DNA of 64,000 bases. Source: Epithemia pelagica. Lineage: Eukaryota; Protista; Bacillariophyta. A program made the position numbers and the translations under genes. Location of the stretch: assembly GCA_946965045.2 (NCBI GenBank), contig OX337235.1, positions 2,604,001-2,668,000 on the forward strand, written 5' to 3'. This document shows, piece after piece, positions 30,299 to 40,863 of this stretch (its first letter is position 1; every line of letters starts with the position of its first letter). The notes under the pieces were generated by a model. It saw only the letters and a program-made list of their open reading frames with translations. It was not told the DNA's origin and ran no database searches.

Positions 30299-31858
30299 TT
30301 AATTATCCAGTATTGCAAATGCAAAATGCTTCAATCCATACCCACCTCGCCCAATGCATGGGGATTTTTCAAAATTTACAAGGACTCGACGAGCTTCCAA
30401 ATGAGATGATCTATTTCTGAACACATCTCGATGGAGTCCGACAGGGTGTTGCACCATGGTCCAAGAACTATTTGTTGCCAATTTCCTGATCACTTTCTTG
30501 TATTCAAAGTTACAGGAGTTGCCGGTGTCTTGTCCTTCTTTGATTTCTGTTTGTACAGCCGTTGGGGCAATGTCAATTCCAATCTGTTGGGAAACCTGTG
30601 CCAACAAATGAGCTGCAAAAAGTTTCATTTCCACAACTTGGTCAAAAATTGGATATGTCTCAGCATCAGAAGAGCATACTTTGAATTGACCTCCTTTCTT
30701 TGGAGTGCTGTATGTATGCTTGACCATGCAATTCTTCTTCCTTGACCGATAGATGCAAACCCACTGCAGCTTCTCTCGGAATAGTTTTACTCCTCCTGCT
30801 TTCCTGGGAAAAGAGCCTGGTATGGAAAGGAACTGGAAGAACTCTTTGCTCAACTCTGTTGTTCCAGAACTGCCACCTCTGCGCATGCATTCGAAGCCTG
30901 AATGAGTAAGTTTCTTACATATTGTGTTGTAGAGTTCTTTCATTTTCATAGGTGTCATTTCCATGGTTTCTTTATAGTTGTTGTGGAAGCGAAACAGCAG
31001 CAAGGGCATCATGTGGTCAATGTTGTGTGGTCGTCCAAGCACAATACTGGCTTCTGCATTGTTGTTGTGTTGGAAGAGAGTGGCATCCTCTATCTGCTTC
31101 ATTGTCAGGTCATTCTCTCCTTTCTTACTTAACTGACAGCCAGAACTCTGTTGGTCAAATATATAGATGTCGACAATATATCCTTCGGGCTCATGTATTC
31201 CTATCTCTGGAATCTCATCCATCACTGCAAATAGTTGCTGTTTGGAGTATTTGTTTGACGGCGAGGACATTGGTTGTGGAGTGGCATTCTTCTCCTCAGC
31301 TAACAGCACTGTTTTGAGACTGGGAACACAATGCCAGACACCATCAAATGCACCTGTCTCTCTTCCCAGACCATGAATATCGAGAAAGCTTGTGTTGTTG
31401 TTTGGTGAATCAATAAAGAGATTGTATTGTGGGAAAAACAAACATCCATCCAATAGTTTCTGATCACTGGCTGATACTCTGTCGGCGGCGAGTTTGATTT
31501 GTCGTTGTAAATTTTGTCGCTGTACACCAGCCTCTTTCATCAGATTCCTTGTAAGTCTGTGCTCACAACAGGATCCAATAAAAGTGGAGGCTGCTTCAGT
31601 CATTTTGCTGTCAACAAACTGAGCAGCAGTCCTAAGCCATTTGTCCTCCTGGATTCCCTTTTTTTTGCAGAGGTCCACAATTTCTGACACACATCTGAAA
31701 CAAGCCTTGCATCCACATCTAGAGCATGTCAGAAACTGTGGTGTTGGCTTTGTTGTTGCTGTTTCTTGCAATGGTTGTATTGGTTTGATTGATTGCTGTT
31801 GTTTTCTTTCAACTGAATTTGGGGAACAAAAAAGGCAACTCATGGTTCCAATGAACAT
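30299..31858 (-). CDS. MULE accessory protein: N-terminal Cys-rich (PHD/ADD-like) finger + unknown domain + C-terminal HxD motif, 519 aa
   Basis: Long intact ORF convergent with the transposase (15 nt between stop codons). Contains CLFC...LTCSRCGCKACFRCV...W...CCEH and NSSWTMVQHPVGLHRDVF...LEARRVLVNF...GRGGYG..HFAFAILD. Confidence 0.8.
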   Translation of the reverse strand: MFIGTMSCLFCSPNSVERKQQQSIKPIQPLQETATTKPTPQFLTCSRCGCKACFRCVSEIVDLCKKKGIQEDKWLRTAAQFVDSKMTEAASTFIGSCCEHRLTRNLMKEAGVQRQNLQRQIKLAADRVSASDQKLLDGCLFFPQYNLFIDSPNNNTSFLDIHGLGRETGAFDGVWHCVPSLKTVLLAEEKNATPQPMSSPSNKYSKQQLFAVMDEIPEIGIHEPEGYIVDIYIFDQQSSGCQLSKKGENDLTMKQIEDATLFQHNNNAEASIVLGRPHNIDHMMPLLLFRFHNNYKETMEMTPMKMKELYNTICKKLTHSGFECMRRGGSSGTTELSKEFFQFLSIPGSFPRKAGGVKLFREKLQWVCIYRSRKKNCMVKHTYSTPKKGGQFKVCSSDAETYPIFDQVVEMKLFAAHLLAQVSQQIGIDIAPTAVQTEIKEGQDTGNSCNFEYKKVIRKLATNSSWTMVQHPVGLHRDVFRNRSSHLEARRVLVNFEKSPCIGRGGYGLKHFAFAILDN

Positions 31859-32027
31859 TCATGAACAGGGGGCTCAATGACACCTTTCCTCTCAATACAA
31901 AGGAAGACAGCAACTGCCCTGACAAATGGATGAAGACACCCTTGTCCTCAAGACAGCATAGAACTTCCTGGCACCAGGAAATAGATGCAGAGAACCCTCT
32001 ATCACTCAATTCTTTGGAGTTCCAGGT

Positions 32028-32342
32028 CGACTTTTTATTTTTTGCCCAAGGAAGCTTTGTGGTTCACCGATTCACAATAGCCGATAGCACGTCGGAAAGT
32101 AGACTCAAAGACGGTTCCAAGGAAAAAAGGTTGACTCAAATCCCACCAGTAGATGTGGAGATCTGGTGTGGACAACACAAGGCTTGAAAACAGATCCTGG
32201 ACGACTTTTTATTTTTTGGCCCAAGGAAGCTTTGGCTTGCACCAATTCACAATGAGCAGTATTGCATCAGAAAGTAGACTCAAAGACGGTTCCAAGGAAA
32301 AAAGGTTGACTCAAATCCCACCAGTAGATGTGGAGATATGGT
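32028..32342 (+). repeat. Imperfect direct repeat, 2 x about 140 bp, inside the MULE
   Basis: Copies at 32028-32167 and 32202-32342; a 68-bp core GAAAGTAGACTCAAAGACGG...GTAGATGTGGAGAT is identical (32095-32162 and 32270-32337). Confidence 0.9.
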
Positions 32343-32416
32343 CTTTCCAGTCTGTGTGCTGGATTGTGATGACCAAGTTCTGAATGACCGGTGGAGGAGT
32401 AGCGTATGGATGGTCA

Positions 32417-32544
32417 ACAGGTGGGAGTATCCAAAGGTTTTGTCATAGGGTCATTAGGGATAGGGTATAAATGGCCCACAGGTGGGAGCATCAAAAGGAT
32501 TTGTCGTAGGGTCATTAGGGATAGGGTATAAATGGCCCACAGGT
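32417..32544 (+). repeat. Tandem repeat, 61-bp period, about 2.1 copies, inside the MULE
   Basis: ACAGGTGGGAG(T/C)ATC(C/A)AAAGG(T/A)TTTGTC(A/G)TAGGGTCATTAGGGATAGGGTATAAATGGCCC starts at 32417 and 32478; a partial third copy starts at 32539. Confidence 0.9.
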
Positions 32545-32679
32545 TAACTGTGGTTCGGGGGAGGTCTGTTTGACCGTTATATCCAATTATTGAATCTAGA
32601 AAAATAAAAAAGTTAGTGTAAAAAATCCAAATGATATTTTTTTAAAAATTTGGATATTAGCGTGTAGACAGCAGACGGG

Positions 32680-32696
32680 AGGTACCCCCGCAATCG
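32680..32696 (-). repeat. Right inverted-repeat motif of the MULE
   Basis: AGGTACCCCCGCAATCG, inverted partner of 27165-27181. Confidence 0.6.
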
Positions 32697-33554
32697 GAGG
32701 GGTTTCGATCGCGGATGATAACACGATCGGACATATCCGGAATTGGCTTTTCGGTTATCGCCCCTCAATCTTTCAAAGAATTGAACTTGAAACAACATGT
32801 GTGAGTGTGCACCAATACGCATATTCTTCGACGATACCCTAGCGGGTACGCGCGGCAGCGTTAAAATAGACTGTACCTTTTTTTTTCTTCGGTAGTACTC
32901 CTACTCGGATTCGTGTGGGGCTGTGCTCGTGCATACGGCTCTTGCCGTTGCGGTGTTGTAGCTTGTAGCGCATCGCGCGCGATGATGGTGCGGATGCGTC
33001 CAATATATGAAATAATATGAGCCAAATTAGTCTTGTCTTTGTCCAAAAAGGGACAAAATTCCGATCGTTGAGACACTCGTTTCCACGATAAAATCTGGAC
33101 GTTGTATAGTTTCGACTATTGGTTTGCCAAGGATCACCCAAAATACGACCCAAATTTGGGCGTGGATCTAGGGACGGGCTGGCGTGTTTGAATCTCAATC
33201 GAGGACTTTGGAGACTAAAGTTACATTTCGCGCGCGCCGGATTCCCTCCGATGCCATCCGCCAAACCGATGCCTTTGTTTCCCACAATCTTTTGTCGTTC
33301 CTGGCACCAAAAGAGTCGAAGCGACGTTGGAGAGAAGTGGGTCCAAATTTACTCATTCATTTTTCGGTGAGGAGCCCACGCAATCGCAACGTTTGCTCAT
33401 AGGAAAAGGGGTCGAGTGACTTGGAAAGGCAGGAAGCTTTGACATTCCGCGGGACGCTGATTGCTACCAAGAAGTCATCCTCTTTGCGACACCATCATTG
33501 CGCTCGATTCATTGATTCCGATTTTCACTGCGGTCGTGTCATTTTATCATCACC

Positions 33555-34770
33555 ATGTTTCCCCCACAACATGAACAACAATTGCGGGGATTAACAGAGG
33601 ACAAGGTCAACCTGGATTTGGTGGACTTGACGGATTTTGATGTGCAGATTGCTCTGACACAAAACGATGGGGTACAGTTTTACGAAGTCGTGAGAATTGT
33701 GACTCGCTTCATGATTGAATCCTTTGAAGACTGCTTTGTCGATGATGAGGGGACACGAGCACAGTTTGACAACATTGTTCTTTTGGAACGGACACGAAGA
33801 AGACAGCTCGTCGAAGTGGAAAGAGCATTGGACAGTACGTTATGGATAGATTGTGCCAGACGCGGTTCCATGGTCGATACTCACAGTATTGTTTGGTTTA
33901 TGTTCAGCTGATACGAACAATGGTCAAGTCATTGTGGGGGAATTGTACACGGCCCAATTCAAGGGTGCCGCCCTGTTTAGCCGCAACGCGACGCAAGATC
34001 CAATGCCGGCCAGTGTCGTTGATTTTTGCCAACGCCAATCGTTTTTGCAAGACGATTTGCTATTGCAAAAGCTGAAAGAATCGACTGCGGTGGGATTGGG
34101 CTCGGCCGCCGTCGACGTGCGGGCTTATATCAACCCCAACTCGAATACCCCTACCACGCAATCCGACAGCGAATCCTTGGAGGTGGTCATTATCATCGCC
34201 ATTGTCATTGCCTGCGTTGCCTTTATGTTCTTGGTCTTTGCCATCTACTGGGCCTGGCGATACGACAAGAAGAACCGTGATGCCTACCTTACCAACAAGG
34301 GAACGGAGGATGACCGAACCTATGATGGAGGAGACTCACCGGAAGGCAAGGATGCCCGAGCAGCTGCCCAAAAGAGAACAGAGGATCCTACCAGTGTGGT
34401 TGTGCCTTCCTATCCGAGTGTCATTGGAGGAGACTCGGCAGCGGATGGCGTGTATCCCGAAAGTGTCATTTCCGAAGATATCAATTCGTCCTTGACACAG
34501 TACTACCAATCAGGATTGCAAAATTACAATGGCAATAGTGGAAGACTGCAAGATGCCGGAAGTGTGAGCTCCATGGAGAGTTATGGATACTCTTTGGATG
34601 GATACGCACCTTCGTTGGCGACACCCATGCCCGCGGATGGAAACTCGACCAGCATGCAGGCATCGGTCATTGGGGACGCCTCTCTCAACATGACCCAAAC
34701 CGTCGTCACGGCAGCCGATGCCTCAATTGTCAAGGCTGCGAGGGACCCTGCAGCAAAACAAGACCCTTAG
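33555..34770 (+). CDS. Single-pass membrane protein with ectodomain (RxL motifs) and conserved Tyr-motif tail; exons 33555-33834, 33908-34770
   Basis: A 73-nt intron GTACGT...CTCAC...TTCAG (33835-33907) joins ORFs 33555 and 33853 in frame (ALD-T-DTNNGQ). TM VVIIIAIVIACVAFMFLVFAIYWAWRYD; tail motifs YPESVISED and SYGYSLDG...SLATPM. Confidence 0.75.
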
Positions 34771-35405
34771 TCAGAGCTGCATCTATTTGTTTCTTGCTCT
34801 TTGACTTATCGAACGTCGATGACCCGCCCTTGTTGATTCCAAATCCCCTTATTGACCAATTATTGTTGCGTCTTTCATATATCTATGTTGTCTAAGCTCA
34901 CTTTAGAAAACTACCGGTACAATACTCGTACTGTCGTTGTCGTACCCCAACTAGCATTGAGCTATTCGCTTTTGGGTCGCCGGAAAACCGATGTCTCATT
35001 CATTTTTGCGAGTCTGTTGGGAACCATGTGTCATATGCGTTGGGACGATCCCCCGTTTCCGTTTCGCGAACAAGACCCCCAGAATCCCCCGATCGTTTGG
35101 GTCGAGATTCGAAGCATAAATATATCTCAGCGTGATTTATCGACAAGAGATTTCTACCTTTAAAAAAGCTATATAAAAGCGACTAACAATGGTTGCTAGG
35201 GAGTATAGATGGACGTTTTCATGGTCGAAGCGATCAGAACGATAGGGAGCAGAGGGGGAGGATATCTTGCACCGAACCTGGGAGGTTCATGCACCTCATC
35301 TCATCACTTGTAATCTCGTCTCTTGTATCCTCCAAGAAGCGATTGAGACTCTCTCTCTCTCTCTTTGTCTCGAGACGGACACTATACCAACTCGAACCGA
35401 TCAAG

Positions 35406-36782
35406 ATGGATAGCTTGGACGTTGTGATTATCGTCTGTGTAGTGATTGGTGCGTTGGCCTTTTTGTTGGTGGTGTTTATTTTGTTTTGGGCCTGGCGGTA
35501 CGACCGTCGAAATCGGGCCACCTTTATTGCCAATGGCAAAAACAAGGAACGACAAGAAGCTCACATGGCCCAAGTTCAAAATACGACCAACGGCAGTAGT
35601 AACAATGACGACAATCACCACAACAGTGCACTTCCCGAACAACAAAGGGGGTCGAATTCAAACAACTACAAGCCCGAAAGTGGAAATGTGAGCAGTAGCA
35701 AGAGTTACAATAGTTCGCAGCAATATCCCAGTGAAATTGGGATGGACGATGTGGGATATCCAGAAAGTGTCATTTCAGAAGATTACAACAAGGATTCGGC
35801 CTTGGCTTCGATTGGGTTTCATTCGCAGCATTCCGGGTCCAATACTCGACGATCACAGCCGCAGTATCCACACCAATCCCATTCTCAGGATGGTGGAGAA
35901 AGTGTCACCTCGGCCGATGCCCTGAGTTATGGATATTCTTTGGATGGAGCTTCCCTGGCAACGCCCATGGTTATGGACGTGAACCGAGTCGATTCGGGAG
36001 ATTCCAATATGAATCGGACTGCGTCTGGACCCCATAACGGAGATGACGGTCTAGCAGCCGAATACGGTGCAGTCGTCGTCGACGACGAGGATGCTGAAGT
36101 ACCAACAAACGAAAGCCAAGAAATGGCGGCAGTGACGCAAACTAAAGACGACGACCAAGGCAATACAACGAACAACGATGACAAAACCAAAACCAAGCCC
36201 GTCGTGGAAGAGGAAGACGACGCCTATGGAGCGGTCGGCGCCGATTATAGTATGGAGGATGAATTGGATGTCTTGGCTGGATCGTTGAGCGAACCGGATC
36301 ATGGTCCTACCAGAGGAAGCAATTTATCCAAGGAAGAAGATAGTGTTGCCAACAATGGTGTAGACGATGATGTTTACATAGATGAACACCATGATGAGGC
36401 TACGAATGAAAATGTGGTGGTAGACGACCATCGGTCCGACGATGAGGAGATGTTTACCAAAGAAGATCAGGAGGATACAAATAATGACTCAGAGCATGGA
36501 GAAACACCAGGTGTGGCCGTGACGGAGGAGGAGGAGGATCCTGTCCAGGAAGATCCTAACCATGAACCAATGCAACCGGATCTTGCCTCGGAAAGTGGCG
36601 ACATGTATAGGGGTGATGCCGACAATACAATGACAACAGCAACACAAGATATGACTCTAGACGACGATAATACCAAGCAGGCTCCATCACAAGATACCAC
36701 TCCCCCAAAAGAACCAGAGGTGGATGACTATGGTGTGGGTGACGATTATACTCACACCGAAGCGGAGGATATGACAGAATAA
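35406..36782 (+). CDS. Paralogous single-pass membrane protein lacking the ectodomain, with long acidic tail
   Basis: MDSLDVVIIVCVVIGALAFLLVVFILFWAWRYD; the same YPESVISED and SYGYSLDG..SLATPM motifs as the upstream gene; D/E-rich C-terminus. Confidence 0.75.
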   Translation: MDSLDVVIIVCVVIGALAFLLVVFILFWAWRYDRRNRATFIANGKNKERQEAHMAQVQNTTNGSSNNDDNHHNSALPEQQRGSNSNNYKPESGNVSSSKSYNSSQQYPSEIGMDDVGYPESVISEDYNKDSALASIGFHSQHSGSNTRRSQPQYPHQSHSQDGGESVTSADALSYGYSLDGASLATPMVMDVNRVDSGDSNMNRTASGPHNGDDGLAAEYGAVVVDDEDAEVPTNESQEMAAVTQTKDDDQGNTTNNDDKTKTKPVVEEEDDAYGAVGADYSMEDELDVLAGSLSEPDHGPTRGSNLSKEEDSVANNGVDDDVYIDEHHDEATNENVVVDDHRSDDEEMFTKEDQEDTNNDSEHGETPGVAVTEEEEDPVQEDPNHEPMQPDLASESGDMYRGDADNTMTTATQDMTLDDDNTKQAPSQDTTPPKEPEVDDYGVGDDYTHTEAEDMTE

Positions 36783-37537
36783 TTGTCGCGATGAAATGCA
36801 ATCTATGATGCAATTTGTGTCGGGAACCAGGAATGGACAAAAGAACAACCACGAGCGATTCAATAATCCACTGTTAATGAGATTCGGGGCCCCATTACCT
36901 TCGACCATATCGGAAACAAAACCTTTTTCCGTCCCTGCTTCTTTTTCACTCCATAGACTTTCGATTCGAAACATGTATTATAACAGTAACCTATCTACTT
37001 GAAAGTTTATCACTTGCGTTCTACGAAATATTGCTTTTGTTTAGGTTCCCGCCGATGTCCACCCCTCTAGTGTTGGCAACAAGTTTCGGCTCTGGCATAG
37101 AACAGGAGTTGGGTTCACAAGACTACTTGTATCTTCACCGTGGACCCGTTGATCCAACACTAATCTTTTGGAATCTTTCGGGGATATGTTTTGTTACAGT
37201 GTCACAGTGTATTGTCAACTCCGTCATCAAGGGTTTTCCTTCTAAACAGAACAAATTACATTGGGATATTGGACCGCAAGTTCTAGAATATTCGTACTCT
37301 TGACTAGGTAGGTAGAAAGACCGCCTTCTTGCAAGCTTGAAAAGCAATTCATAAATGGACGGTCGATGCCGTTCGAAACAACTTCATTGTTGAAATTGTT
37401 CCCCAGCCGTGTTTCTGTAACATCAAGAGCGTTGATTTTTCCACTCTAATTCTTCTTGTCCGTCGCACTTACAATTTCCGCTGAAAGGATATAACACCAT
37501 AAGCTCTCTTCAGATCGATTGTTTCCACCAGTCACAT

Positions 37538-40500
37538 TTATGTTGATGCCGCAAGACCGGCACGAACTGAGTAGAATACATCCAACACCAGAGACAAATC
37601 ATCCGAACTAACTTGAAAAATGCCCTTGACATAATCATACAGAAAGAACTGCAGACCAATGACAAGAAAGAAAAAGGAAGCTCGGGCAGGAAGGCCCACA
37701 AACAAATTGGCGACACCGCCTTCCTGATCAATCATGTCCTTCACCACCGAACGCCAGTCCTCGGTCATTCCCGCCGAACCTGGCTCATCCGTTGATGGCG
37801 CATTGGACGATTTTGCCGATACTTTGGTGATGATCAAGTCTGCAGGATGACTGACGACAGTGGCTGCAACTCCAGCCACTGCCCCAGATCCTGCGGAGAG
37901 AATCAGTCCAATCCCACCGACACCAATTTGAATGGGCAACGCTCCCTCACCAGCTTGGTTATTGAGAAAAGAAACCACGGCGGTGGAAATAATATCAAAC
38001 ATGACAAACTTGGTCACAACAAAAGGGATCTCGCGACTAAGAATAGGTGGAAAGGCTGCCCAGAATGGCAGAAAATCACGAGGTTGCAACTTAGTCAGGT
38101 CAAATTTGCCGTCGGATTGGTTAACAGACGTGCTGCCGGACTCCTCCTGCGTTCAAAACCATAATGGGAAGTGAGAATCGATACATTCGATCTTACATGT
38201 TGGCTTCTCAGTCGACTTACAAGAAAGTCTTGGAAAACTTCAGTCCATGTCTTGTCCTCCAACAAGCCCATGCTTCGAACTCGCAGCACTTCAAAAGGTG
38301 ACGCAATGGCGGAAGTGATAACGGTGGCAACCGCGGCTGCGAGAAGAAGAGGGATTTCATTTCCGAACCCACCACCCGATTCTTGCACCGAAAAGACGGA
38401 CGAAAATGACCGTCGAAACAACTCCGTGGCGCCAAATCCAAACGACCCAAATACCAGGGATGACAGAAAGGTGATGTCCGTACTTTGAAAAAGAGCGGCA
38501 GGCCCGCGAAGTGCTGCCAATCCACGTAACAGATCCAGTACACCAGCCTTCTCAGCCGTGCTTTGGGTCACCACGGAGTCTCCCTTATTGTTCAAAGTTT
38601 CCCCTGCTGTGTCTGTAGTGGGCACTCCGTCTGATTCTTGCCGATTCAGCAAGGAATGTTGGGATTCTCCTTTGTTCGCTGCATTGAGTTTACTAGCGGC
38701 ATAGTCAAAAAGCTCCTTGTCATTCTCTAGTTGTTGTTTGGTTTTGACCAACTCGAGAGGGTTTAGCACCGTTCGAACAAACACAGTGCAAATGCCACCA
38801 CTCAAGGCGAGGCGAGCATATTCGCTGGTGGTCAATGCACGGGCACCCTTGGTCACGGGAAGGACACCAATACCACCAAACAAGGGATCTTGGGCACGAT
38901 ACAACGGGTTGAGATCCAACGCGACATCTGGTATGACTTCCAGTGCCGGGATTGTGTATACGGAATCCCCTCGTTGCGGTCGTGCCACGGACGGCAACAT
39001 TTCGAGATAGTCACCTCGTATGCGATCAATCATGGTTCCATCCATCCCCGCTCGGCGTCGAGTTGCACTCATCGAAAAGGCTACATTTCCATCGACAAAA
39101 TTCATCTCCGTGACCACGGCCTTGACCATGTAACTGTCTGTGAGTGGTTGCATGCGGAGCTCGGGTAGCTCCTGAACGGCGACAAACCAGTCTGGGTCTT
39201 GGGGCGGAGGCGAAATGGTCACGGTCGGCGGCTCGGTAGATACATAGCCACTTCCTCCCGATACAATGTCTACGCCAATGATCTCATACTCGAGATCAGC
39301 ACTTGCTCGGGCCCGTCGATAGACCCGATCTTTCTCGTCATCGTCGTCCTTTTTGCCTCTTGGTTTCTTTGGTGGTTCGATCATGACTTTGGGTGGTATT
39401 TCTCTCTGTGTCCCATATCCATACCCAGGATCGAGAACAATGATGGATTCCACACGGCCCTCTCGGTCAATAATGGCCGTTGCCTGACATTGCTTTTGAC
39501 AGTCGCGGTCGTAGACCGAGACTTGAGGTGCGGTCATGTATCCTTCTCCGCCGTCTAATACGTTGATCTGGAGTACCCGCGAGGAGGGCCGCATAATGGG
39601 GCGAGCTTCTGCGGGTTTGAACTTGTCTCCCAAGGGTGGAGGACTCCCAATGGATACGGTCGGAAAGGTATCCAAACTATAGCCTCCCCCCACACGAGCA
39701 CTGATTCTCGAGTCAGCCTCCTTGATGGGCGGATTCATTTTTAAAATACCAATCTTTGAAATTGTGGCATTGTCAGCTTCGCCGAGAAGACCACAGATCT
39801 GATCCGAGGGTTGAAGTTGAGGAGCGCTAATGAGGGAGAAGAGAATGGCGAGTTGTCGTTTGGCCGCAAGGGACGTGTATCGCGCTTGTAGCAGTGTGAA
39901 CAAATTCAAAACGCCCTGCTTTGCGGAGTTTGTATTGTCGATTTTCTCCGGTTGATCGGCAACTCTCTCATTCCCGAAAATCAGCTTTTCAAATAGTCCT
40001 TTTCGTTCTGTTGGCTGCAAGGAAGGAGCGGGGTAGGATGCCAAGATCCCCGCTCGTGCCGCCGACACGGAAGAGTAGGACCCGTACGGCCCGACAAAGT
40101 AATCTGCCAATCCGACTTCGACAGACTCGGCAAATTCGGCAAAGATATTTTCAATTTGTGCTCGGTCCGAAATGGGAGATTGTTCCCAGGTTCCGACAAA
40201 GCCCTGTGTGGTCCACCAGGAATTCGCGGCCGCGTCAAAATTGAGCAAAAATCGTGCAAGATAGGTAATGAAGCGTGTTTCATAAACCGTCTGAAGGGTC
40301 TCACCCGGTCTCAGGAACCTCCTGGCACCTCGGAGAGGTATTCCTCTCGCTGCTTCACTTCCTCCTGAGAGCATGTCCGCTCTGGGGCTGAAGAGCTGTC
40401 CACTGGAATCAATTTCGGGAAGTCCGGCATGGGCTGACATCAATGGCACCATGACTGTTGACGCAGCGAGGCCGCCGACCAATCGTCTCCTGGACCAGCT

Positions 40501-40680
40501 ACCAGGGGCCGCCAATGTAGCGTTCCTTGAGAACTCTTCATGCGACGCTTCATGATGAAGCCCGAGATGAATAATACCGTGTCGCTGGTGATTGGATGTC
40601 AAGAATCTTTTCGACAAGAAGGCAGAGGATCCGTTCCAGAATGCGAGACCCAGCAATGCAGTCCAAAGCAAGAGAATCAT
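37538..40680 (-). CDS. Plastid-targeted mitochondrial-carrier-family (SLC25, phosphate-carrier-like) protein with large N-terminal extension; exons 40680-38221, 38146-37538 (1022 aa)
   Basis: A 74-nt intron GTAAGT...GCAG (38220-38147) joins the two ORFs in phase 0. Three carrier signatures (PLELVKTK, PFEVLRVR, PADLIITK). Signal peptide + SSA|FL motif, RRR + hydrophobic + AHA segment, and four GxGY repeats. Confidence 0.85.
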
Positions 40681-40863
40681 GATATTGATGGTCTATTTCC
40701 CTCTGATCCAGGTCGCAACTGTGGAATATAGCGACCGTCGATGTGGTTTAGACAGCAGGGTCCATGGTATCCTGCATCGGTTGGATTTGCGATGATGTGT
40801 CCGAATGACGGTGTTTGTGGGGCTTAAACGAATCCCGACATGTTCGCCAAGCACATCATAAGG

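Larger units (their letters stand above)
27165..32696. mobile_element. Mutator-like (MULE) DNA transposon with two convergent ORFs; exact ends uncertain
   Basis: Intact MULE transposase, an accessory ORF and internal tandem repeats. A 17-bp inverted repeat brackets them: CGATTGGGGGGGTACCT (27165-27181) vs the reverse complement of 32680-32696 (16/17 identical). No TSD identified. Confidence 0.75.

Noticed and set aside
32028-32544. Repeats as a CRISPR array or extra exons of MULE ORF2
   Set aside because: Only two copies each, no unique spacers of regular length, no cas genes, and a eukaryotic context. Translations of the repeats are interrupted by stops and show no convincing splice model.
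32839-33402. Several overlapping 70-150 aa ORFs right of the MULE
   Set aside because: Mutually overlapping, no domain signal and no in-frame splice solution found. Treated as intergenic or possible 5' region of the 33555 gene.
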